Shown here: piece by piece, positions 57,260 to 64,000 of the stretch
How positions within the stretch are numbered: position 1 is the stretch's first letter
Layout of the letters: each line of letters starts with the position of its first letter
Assembly: GCA_021831925.1 (NCBI GenBank)
Contig: JAKBLT010000001.1
Coordinates: 4,137-68,136 of the forward strand
DNA length: 64,000 nucleotides
Direction: 5' to 3'
DNA from: Thermoplasmata archaeon
GTDB taxonomy: Archaea > Thermoplasmatota > Thermoplasmata > Thermoplasmatales > Thermoplasmataceae
The notes under the pieces: model-generated
What the model saw: only the letters and a program-made list of their open reading frames with translations
Database searches by the model: none
Told to the model about the DNA's origin: nothing
Made by a program: the position numbers and the translations under genes

Positions 57260-58375
57260 GTGGCATTCACTCTAGGCTCGAGATTAAAACTCACTATTTT
57301 CGGCTCTTCTCATGGGGAACTCGTTGGCGCTATACTTGATGGACTCCCGTCGGGCATCTTAATAGACAACGAAAACATGCAAAGATGGCTTGATTTGAGG
57401 CGCCCTGCACAGAGTGACATTACAACTCAGAGAAAGGAGCAGGACCTGCCTGAAATTGTTTCTGGATCTGTCGATAGACACACAGATGGGGGGCCAGTAA
57501 CAGTTATTATCAGAAATACAGATGCAATAAGCAATCATTATTCTGATATTAAGGACAGCCCGAGACCGGGGCATGCTGATCTTACCTCTTTCCTAAAATA
57601 CGGGGAATTCAGAAATTACTCTGGCGGGGGTTTTTTTTCGGGAAGAATGACTGCCCCGATCGTTGCGGCTGGCTCTATTTGCACCGATATATTGTCAAGA
57701 AACGGCATTCTTGTGAACGCATGGGTAAGCTCTATCGGTAATGTCAGCACGGATAAGGTTTCAGGCAGCCCTTTTGAAGCGTATGGATTTAAAACAAGAA
57801 TGCCTGATCATGATGCAGACAGCAAGGCGCAGTCCTGTATCAGAAATCTCCAGTCGGAAGGAGATAGCGTTGGCGGTGTCATAAGCGTAAGCGTTGAAAA
57901 CATCCCGCCCGGCATAGGAGAACCATTTTTTGACTCCATTGAATCCGTACTGTCCCATGCAATCTTTTCTATACCTGCAGTCAAGGGGATAGAATTCGGT
58001 AGCGGTTTTGCAATGTCATACATGAAGGGTAGTGAAGTGCAGGACAGGATCCAGTTCAGAAATAACAGATTTATCACCACGAGCAACCATAATGGAGGTA
58101 TACTTGGTGGAATAAGCAATGGAATGCCTATTACATTAAGGATCGCTGTTAAGCCAACCTCTTCAATCAGGAAAGAGGTCGAGACCGTTGACCTTCACAC
58201 TCATGAACCTGTTTCGCTGAAGATCAAGGGAAGACATGATCCATGCATTGCAATCCGTGCACTTCCCGTCGTACAGACAATGGTTTCTTATTGTCTTCTG
58301 GACATAATCATGTCTTCTGGAAATCCCGTACTTATGGACAGAATTTTCAGCCGGAATTCTAAGGATGCAAGCTGA
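57260..58375 (+). CDS. aroC: Chorismate synthase
   Basis: Motifs FGSSHGELVGAILDGLPSG, RPGHADL, SGGGFFSGRMTA and KGRHDPC. GTG start. Confidence 0.93.
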   Translation: MAFTLGSRLKLTIFGSSHGELVGAILDGLPSGILIDNENMQRWLDLRRPAQSDITTQRKEQDLPEIVSGSVDRHTDGGPVTVIIRNTDAISNHYSDIKDSPRPGHADLTSFLKYGEFRNYSGGGFFSGRMTAPIVAAGSICTDILSRNGILVNAWVSSIGNVSTDKVSGSPFEAYGFKTRMPDHDADSKAQSCIRNLQSEGDSVGGVISVSVENIPPGIGEPFFDSIESVLSHAIFSIPAVKGIEFGSGFAMSYMKGSEVQDRIQFRNNRFITTSNHNGGILGGISNGMPITLRIAVKPTSSIRKEVETVDLHTHEPVSLKIKGRHDPCIAIRALPVVQTMVSYCLLDIIMSSGNPVLMDRIFSRNSKDAS

Positions 58376-60083
58376 ATACCAGAAACGATGATATCACTGT
58401 CACAGCTACAATACCGACAATTGAATATTTTGCCCCCTTGAGAGAGCTGAAGACACTGGTTAAAAGTTTTTCAAACATGTTTTCCTCTCCCATTGAAACC
58501 GTTACGTCAGTCGAGGCTTCACCAGCAACACATTCTTCACAGTTGGAAATAGCCTTTTCGACAGATTCCCTTATTAGATCAGAAACGTATTCATTATCGT
58601 CCCTCTCCCCGAGTGGGTTCATGTCAAGGGTGCCCTGATTCACATAGTGATTGTCTGTCGTAAAAATATCAAGATAGGAGACAAGCCCGTTAACCTTCTT
58701 TTCTGCAAGCCCCATAACCTCGTCCTTTATATTGTTTGAATCAGTAAGAACAATTGCCTGGTACTTTCCCTGGTTGCTGAAAACTATGCATTGAATGCCC
58801 ATTGGCCCAAGCCCAGGACTCACACCTTCAACTCTGGAATACCCACTAATTATCCTGTTCTTAGGTTCATTCTTGACGAATTCCCGTTCAAACGTTTTCG
58901 AATGAAGGGAACAATCGCTCAGTGCACTTGCACCATGCGAGAAATGATTCTGAGCGTCCACCACAATAAAATCGTCGGCGCCAGACTGTTTCAAGCGTTC
59001 CGTTATTTTAAGACCCTCGGTGAGGCTGACGTCATCAAATTTTTCTCTCTCCGGGATTAAGGATCCTATTCCGAAATTCCCCATTCTTATCATGGAAACA
59101 GAAATTTTGCCGCTGTTCATCTTCTTAATTTTTGTGCAGACATCCGTATACGCAAGATTTTCCAATCCGCTCCTGACACCCCGAGCAATGGTATCAACAT
59201 CAGCATCTGAAGCACTGTTGTTACTGTTGGTGGTCGAGGTGTGGAATACCATGACATCCGTGGAAAGATCAGCCAGTCTCTCCTGGAGCTTCGCTGGGAG
59301 GTTGCTGGTTCCAATAGACCCAAACGGTCCAGGGTGAACGTATGGGAATACCATGAGTACTTTTCTCGCGTGATTCATATTCTCAATGCTTACAATCTTT
59401 ACTGGAACAGTTCGCCTGTTTCCGTAAAGTTTTGAAAAAAACATGTTACCCGTTTCTATGTCTGATTTGGAATGTATATTCAGGAAGAAGTTAAGTATTG
59501 AGATAGGACTCTGCCCAAATTCCTTAGTGAATCTCCTTATGGGAAAATATGCAAAAGATATTCCCCCAGCCGTGAAGATAAGGGAAGATATTACTGCATC
59601 AATGAGGAGGTTGGCTGACGGCATCAGAACGAGGGCAGGCATCAGTGTTGATATTGTGTACAGCATTGAGGGCAGGATCAGATACTGTGGCCTCTCAGTA
59701 TAGTAAACAAAGAAGACCATCGAACGCATCAAGGCAGTCGATGTGGCTGCAATTACTGCGCTAAATACAAAAGGCATATGGGGAAACAGCAGCGATAATA
59801 TCAGGAAATAAACCCCTGCGATAAAGAAGTTCAGGAAATCCTGGAAGAAGACCCTTCTGGTTGGAAAATAAAAATGTGTTGCTGCGATGAACATCTTGTC
59901 AAAAATTATAACCAGTGCAAGTGGTAGAAGTATGATTAATAATATGTAAAGCATTTTTCCGGTAACGATATAATCAAGGGATAGAAAAATCAGGAGAGGA
60001 ATCACATATGATACAAGTTTTGGCGATCTTCTCATGAATCGAGATAGATCCGCGAATGTATTACCATGGTTCGAACTTTCCAT
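58359..60083 (-). CDS. Archaeal polytopic membrane protein with a large C-terminal soluble domain (DUF2070-like)
   Basis: The N-terminal roughly 210 aa hold 6-7 helices, followed by a soluble region of about 330 aa and a final TM helix. The family name is a tentative recollection. Confidence 0.4.
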   Translation of the reverse strand: MESSNHGNTFADLSRFMRRSPKLVSYVIPLLIFLSLDYIVTGKMLYILLIILLPLALVIIFDKMFIAATHFYFPTRRVFFQDFLNFFIAGVYFLILSLLFPHMPFVFSAVIAATSTALMRSMVFFVYYTERPQYLILPSMLYTISTLMPALVLMPSANLLIDAVISSLIFTAGGISFAYFPIRRFTKEFGQSPISILNFFLNIHSKSDIETGNMFFSKLYGNRRTVPVKIVSIENMNHARKVLMVFPYVHPGPFGSIGTSNLPAKLQERLADLSTDVMVFHTSTTNSNNSASDADVDTIARGVRSGLENLAYTDVCTKIKKMNSGKISVSMIRMGNFGIGSLIPEREKFDDVSLTEGLKITERLKQSGADDFIVVDAQNHFSHGASALSDCSLHSKTFEREFVKNEPKNRIISGYSRVEGVSPGLGPMGIQCIVFSNQGKYQAIVLTDSNNIKDEVMGLAEKKVNGLVSYLDIFTTDNHYVNQGTLDMNPLGERDDNEYVSDLIRESVEKAISNCEECVAGEASTDVTVSMGEENMFEKLLTSVFSSLKGAKYSIVGIVAVTVISSFLVFSLHP

Positions 60084-60156
60084 TCCTTTTCCTTCAAGGT
60101 CAAAGGCAAGGAACCTTAAAAGTTTTATTTATTATACATGAGGGCATCTGTGCCAG

Positions 60157-61197
60157 CTATTGCACTATTTTCATCATCCTGTATTTTCCATAACCGGTTA
60201 AGACCTTCACGTATCCTGGTACCTCAGCATTTCCAACATCGATGAAGAGTCTGTCGGTATACTCTATTTTTTCAGGAGCAGAAATAATAATAATGTTTGA
60301 AAAACCTACTTTTTCCAGGACTCTCCCGGTAATCTGCCTGTTTCCATGACCAAGTAGAAAGTTCTGCCCTCCAAGAGGTGAAATAATTATTTTTATGCAT
60401 CTATCTGATAGAGCGAGCAGGTCATCTTCACTGGCGTCAGATTTTATCAGTTTCCGTCTTCTTACTATATCTATAGCCAGGGGATCTGATTCGATCCCCA
60501 TTCTCAGCATGATCTTTTTGCAGGTACCCCCAGTTCCAATTATGTAGGTGCAGTCATCATCAAGATAATCGAATATGAAGTCGATAATGTCAGAGGGGTC
60601 AGAAGCGAGATATTCGGTCTTGCCTGATGGCACAACCCATTCACTTGATGGTTTCAGCAGGGTTCCATACTGCTTAATTTTCCCGTCCCGATCCAAATCC
60701 AAAACATCCGAAGGCTCAACCTGCGCCGATCCACTGGAGAACGCATCTACAACAGCCGCTGCTCTTTGAGGAGTTATCGCAAAAATACCACTGTACATCT
60801 TTAGCCCAGACGGAACGCCAAGAACCGGAATCTTCCTGTCTATGATTTCAAGTATGTCCCTGGCGGTGCCATCACCTCCGACAAATACCAGTAACTCGAC
60901 ATTCATTCTATTAATGGACTTTATGAATTTTACTGTATCATCAACCGTTGTATTATCCATGGCAACCTCAATCTCCATAACTGGCTTTAGCCCATTATGT
61001 TCCAGTGATCTCGACCCCATTATTCCCTTCGGGGTCACTATCTCCAGATTTGATGGATCCAGTTGCTTGAGGAAGGCGTTTCCGGCTTCTATTGCCACCG
61101 GCGATTTCTGCTTTGAGATATAATCGGATTTTGAATCCTTCTGGTTGAGAAAGAAGCCAGAGCCTGCTGCTGGATTAATGAAGAATGCCATTTTCAT
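60157..61197 (-). CDS. ATP-NAD kinase-like (COG3199) protein
   Basis: Diacylglycerol/NAD-kinase motif LVFVGGDGTARDI. About 346 aa. Confidence 0.6.
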   Translation of the reverse strand: MKMAFFINPAAGSGFFLNQKDSKSDYISKQKSPVAIEAGNAFLKQLDPSNLEIVTPKGIMGSRSLEHNGLKPVMEIEVAMDNTTVDDTVKFIKSINRMNVELLVFVGGDGTARDILEIIDRKIPVLGVPSGLKMYSGIFAITPQRAAAVVDAFSSGSAQVEPSDVLDLDRDGKIKQYGTLLKPSSEWVVPSGKTEYLASDPSDIIDFIFDYLDDDCTYIIGTGGTCKKIMLRMGIESDPLAIDIVRRRKLIKSDASEDDLLALSDRCIKIIISPLGGQNFLLGHGNRQITGRVLEKVGFSNIIIISAPEKIEYTDRLFIDVGNAEVPGYVKVLTGYGKYRMMKIVQ

Positions 61198-61206
61198 GGA
61201 TATTAC

Positions 61207-62925
61207 CTATATTAAAGTTATAATTGCTACTGCACCATCAAAGTTGTGAATCATCGCAACTAATTCCCAGTCCTTGACCCTCTCATAGGAAAGCAGTGAA
61301 ACAGATATCGGCACTCCGGAATTGGCGCTGAATGGCTTCGAGAGTATCTCAGCAGATCCGGAATATGCCAGCGTAAGGTTTTCCAGCTTAATTGTGTAAT
61401 TGAAATTATCGGGCGCTATCGAATAAAGCGTGATATTTTCCTCTCCAATTGAACTGTAAAGAAATGTGACATTTATGGGCGAACCGGGCTTTCCATTTTT
61501 AATAAGTGGATTTGAGTTAGAGAAAGAGAGATCTGTGCTTGAATTAATTTCCATGATCATAAAATTGCATTTAATCACTGAAGTACCTGAATAAGCTGAT
61601 ATTGTGTAATTATGGATCCCCGTTGAGGTAATAGAATACGTGCTAAGAGCCAGCAGAAAACTTGATGTTTTTCCAGGATATATTGAGGGTGAATTTGAAA
61701 AAACAGTAAAGGACATTGCAGGATTAATATTAAAGGCAGGGACGATTATAGAACTTGAACTATCTGTAAGGGATATATTTAATGTTATATTTTCACGGCT
61801 ACCATTTGTTATAAGGTAAGTGTTCTGATTCATATGCATATCAAAGTTTGTCGGAACTATATGGACAGGTATCGGGGCCATTCCTGCGACCACGAAAAAG
61901 ATCGATAGCACGATTGCGAGCCTGCTTTTCCTGCTAAGGGACCTGAGGGCGTAAAGCGGTGTTGGGCCCTGTATCCCGAGTACTATGGCAAAGACAAGAA
62001 TGATAAACCACGAAGGGTAAATAAACGATAGGCCAGCAATTATAATTATGGACAGATAACCTGCAAATTTTGAATAATCAGGTTCGAGAGATGAAAAGAT
62101 CAGACCGCCATCTAAGTACCCAAGAGGAAATGCATTGAATGCGTTTATAACGATTCCTACCCAGCCAGCGTAGGATAACAGGTTAAGTGCAACAGTCTCC
62201 GGTGTAAACCTGAAAAATATCAGTGAAAATATTATTGGAAGACTAAGCTTTGTCACCGGAGAATTTACAGGAATCAATAAATGTGATGAGGTTGGTATCA
62301 GGAAAATACCCATGATAAGGAAGAGAGTCGATAGTGAAAAACCTAGAATCAAAGGATACAGGCCGGATTTCAGCATTGCCCTTTTTGAAAGAAACGGCTG
62401 TGACTGGCTTATTATGGACCCCATTGTTCCAAGGCCAATTGGATCCGGTATCAGAATGGGGAGTGAATAATGCATTCCTTCTGTCTTGAAGGCAATGTAT
62501 CTGCCGACCTCCCTGAATAGAATAATACTGAAAATGGGCGATACAAAGAATACGAAAACGTAGCTTATAGTATAGAGAACAGGAGAGTGTCCTGTAAATG
62601 AGGCCTGGTACGAATAACCTGCATAAAACACTGTGATAATTGATAATAGGAATAGAACAAGCTTAATTCTCTTTGAGAATACTGACTTCTTAGAACCGTG
62701 TGATTTCCTGCTCACGTAAATACGGTATGAAAATTCGTTGCCCGTAAAAGCAGTGAATCCAAGTTTCTCTATTTCAGTCAAGAACTTTCTGAATGTTTCT
62801 AAGTCTGCTTTTTCGCGATCTTTTAGAATGAGAACTGCGGAATCGTCCGATATATCCTCAGTACTGAATGCAAAATAACTGGATGCGATAGAAATAACTT
62901 GATTGATATCGTTATTTTGCGTCAT
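61207..62925 (-). CDS. Site-2-protease (M50, EGY-like) homologue lacking the HExxH zinc site, with a C-terminal extracytoplasmic domain
   Basis: ILFREVGRYIAFKTEGMHYSLPILIPDPIGLGTMGSII aligns with the family consensus L.HE.GHY.A.....V..SLPYFIP.P.IGTFGA.I, with both His residues replaced by Arg. The second motif, NAFNAFPLGYLDGG (N..P...LDG), is retained. The last roughly 230 aa are sequon-rich and beta-rich. Confidence 0.65.
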   Translation of the reverse strand: MTQNNDINQVISIASSYFAFSTEDISDDSAVLILKDREKADLETFRKFLTEIEKLGFTAFTGNEFSYRIYVSRKSHGSKKSVFSKRIKLVLFLLSIITVFYAGYSYQASFTGHSPVLYTISYVFVFFVSPIFSIILFREVGRYIAFKTEGMHYSLPILIPDPIGLGTMGSIISQSQPFLSKRAMLKSGLYPLILGFSLSTLFLIMGIFLIPTSSHLLIPVNSPVTKLSLPIIFSLIFFRFTPETVALNLLSYAGWVGIVINAFNAFPLGYLDGGLIFSSLEPDYSKFAGYLSIIIIAGLSFIYPSWFIILVFAIVLGIQGPTPLYALRSLSRKSRLAIVLSIFFVVAGMAPIPVHIVPTNFDMHMNQNTYLITNGSRENITLNISLTDSSSSIIVPAFNINPAMSFTVFSNSPSIYPGKTSSFLLALSTYSITSTGIHNYTISAYSGTSVIKCNFMIMEINSSTDLSFSNSNPLIKNGKPGSPINVTFLYSSIGEENITLYSIAPDNFNYTIKLENLTLAYSGSAEILSKPFSANSGVPISVSLLSYERVKDWELVAMIHNFDGAVAIITLI

Positions 62926-64000
62926 TCACTCTTTGCTTCTATTTGTAATCATGCTTATTAACTTTGCAGTATCGACATCGCTACTGAACTCCACCAGGAA
63001 TTTGTTTCCATTAAGTATCACGACATGTTTTCCCTCAAGCCCCTTCATGAACTGAATTGCGTCAAAAGAAGGACTTATGAAGAGTTTTTTAGACTCATTC
63101 TGATCTGAATTCGCAATCAGGTAGGCGTATTTCTTTTCAGAAGAGGCAATTTTTGAAATCAATTTTATTTCCTCCTCATTCAGTGAGGCATTTACATATT
63201 TTAATGGAAATGAACCCCCCTCAATACTTCTTGAATTTTGTATAATATCGTTCACCCTTGCCTTGTGGAGTGTTTCAATCTGTTTTTTTGCTTCAATAAG
63301 CTGGCTGAAAGTTTTGTGGAAAGTCTCGTCCACTTTATCCTCTTCTACTCCAAGATCAAGCTGTACGGATCGAAGTGACCTGTATACCTTCTGCGTACGC
63401 AACAGAGCAGCCTCGCCCGCAGCGAATACGATTCTCTGGATGCCCTCCTGAACAGTCTCCGTACGGATAATTTTTATGAAACCAAGTGCATTGATATTAT
63501 CAAGATGGGTACCACCGCATCCTTCGGCATCGATGCCATCAATCTCGACCACCCTGAGCTTGCTGTCCAGTGGAACACCGCCCTGGAATAGAGTAAACCC
63601 GAACCTGTCAAGTGCTGAATACCATTCCATATTTCTTACGATAATCTTGGCACCTTTTGAAATAAGATCAAGGCACCTTTTTTCAATTTTTTCCACATCC
63701 TCGTCTGTGAGGCGAGAGAAATGCGTAATATCTATTCTTGATTCATCCACGCCTTTCTGTGCACCTGCCTGCCATACATGTTTGCCCAGGATTTCCCGGG
63801 TAACTGCCAGTAAGAGGTGAGTTGCAGAGTGATGGTACATCAATCTTTTTCTTCTGAACCTATCTATATGGCCCTTTATTCTCGTTTTTTCTGGAATATC
63901 AGTGTCAACATGGTGAATAATTGCCTTTCCCACTTTTTCAACATAATTCACGTTTATTCTCTTATTTCCGTAATCAAAGTAGCCAAGGTCGCATGGCTGA
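62926..64000 (-). CDS. alaS: Alanine--tRNA ligase, C-terminal part (editing and C-Ala domains); 5' end lies outside the window
   Basis: Editing-domain motifs HHSATHLL and CGGTHL. The frame stays open upstream of the ORF-track GTG through base 64000 (..QPCDLGYFDYGNKRINVNYVEK). Confidence 0.88.
   Translation of the reverse strand, partial: QPCDLGYFDYGNKRINVNYVEKVGKAIIHHVDTDIPEKTRIKGHIDRFRRKRLMYHHSATHLLLAVTREILGKHVWQAGAQKGVDESRIDITHFSRLTDEDVEKIEKRCLDLISKGAKIIVRNMEWYSALDRFGFTLFQGGVPLDSKLRVVEIDGIDAEGCGGTHLDNINALGFIKIIRTETVQEGIQRIVFAAGEAALLRTQKVYRSLRSVQLDLGVEEDKVDETFHKTFSQLIEAKKQIETLHKARVNDIIQNSRSIEGGSFPLKYVNASLNEEEIKLISKIASSEKKYAYLIANSDQNESKKLFISPSFDAIQFMKGLEGKHVVILNGNKFLVEFSSDVDTAKLISMITNRSKE

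Noticed and set aside
1-64000. Looked for CRISPR arrays, rRNA genes, additional tRNAs, cas genes, restriction-modification genes and other named defence modules.
   Set aside because: I saw no regularly spaced direct repeats, no rRNA-like conserved blocks and no further cloverleaf candidates in the intergenic regions I read. The only defence-type module is the decayed hicBA pair. An exhaustive repeat or tRNA scan was not possible by eye.

Overview
This window looks like an AT-rich archaeal chromosome, most likely from a Thermoplasmatales-type organism (Ferroplasma, Acidiplasma, Picrophilus or Thermoplasma-like). The basis is the gene set: tricorn protease, membrane-bound LonB, TiaS, Hel308, KEOPS Cgi121, diphthine synthase, a Rieske/cytochrome b pair, succinate dehydrogenase, and many surface proteins dense in N-glycosylation sequons. 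No homology search was run. All calls come from reading motifs in the supplied translations and the DNA.

Layout:
- 1-11.9 kb: housekeeping genes.
- 11.9-27.1 kb: an accessory, decaying stretch. It holds an IS110-family transposase relic, a peptide-type ABC importer with unusual architecture, two long ORF-poor tracts (about 1.4 and 1.5 kb) and an orphan Arch_ATPase/DUF234 gene.
- 27.1-34 kb: a sulfur-activation neighbourhood. A ComA-like enzyme fused to a winged helix sits divergent from cysH-sat, with TauE/DUF1634 nearby.
- 34-39 kb: pdxS and a Rieske/cytochrome b operon.
- 39.15-40.9 kb: tRNA-Val followed by a roughly 1.66 kb integrated-element remnant. It is bounded by a 17/18-nt direct repeat of the tRNA 3' end and carries a hicB/hicA pair whose toxin has an in-frame TGA.
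- 41-64 kb: surface and glycosylation genes, hsp20 plus a regulator, the sdh operon, enolase, lonB, aroC, an apparently catalytically dead S2P/M50 homologue, and the 3' part of alaS.

Many genes have a TATA-like box centred about 26 nt upstream of the start codon, so transcripts appear leaderless or short-leadered.

I saw no CRISPR array, no rRNA, and no recognisable known defence system. The most unusual items are:
- the tRNA-Val att-bounded remnant;
- the sat-cysH/ComA-wHTH sulfonate-type cluster;
- sdhA lacking any canonical start codon upstream of its FAD motifs;
- the RExxR pseudo-S2P protease;
- the giant-ectodomain ABC permease with a giant anchored binding protein;
- a 1.5 kb ORF-free tract with a GC-richer hairpin-dense core.

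Functional interpretations are inference and need database and structure checks.
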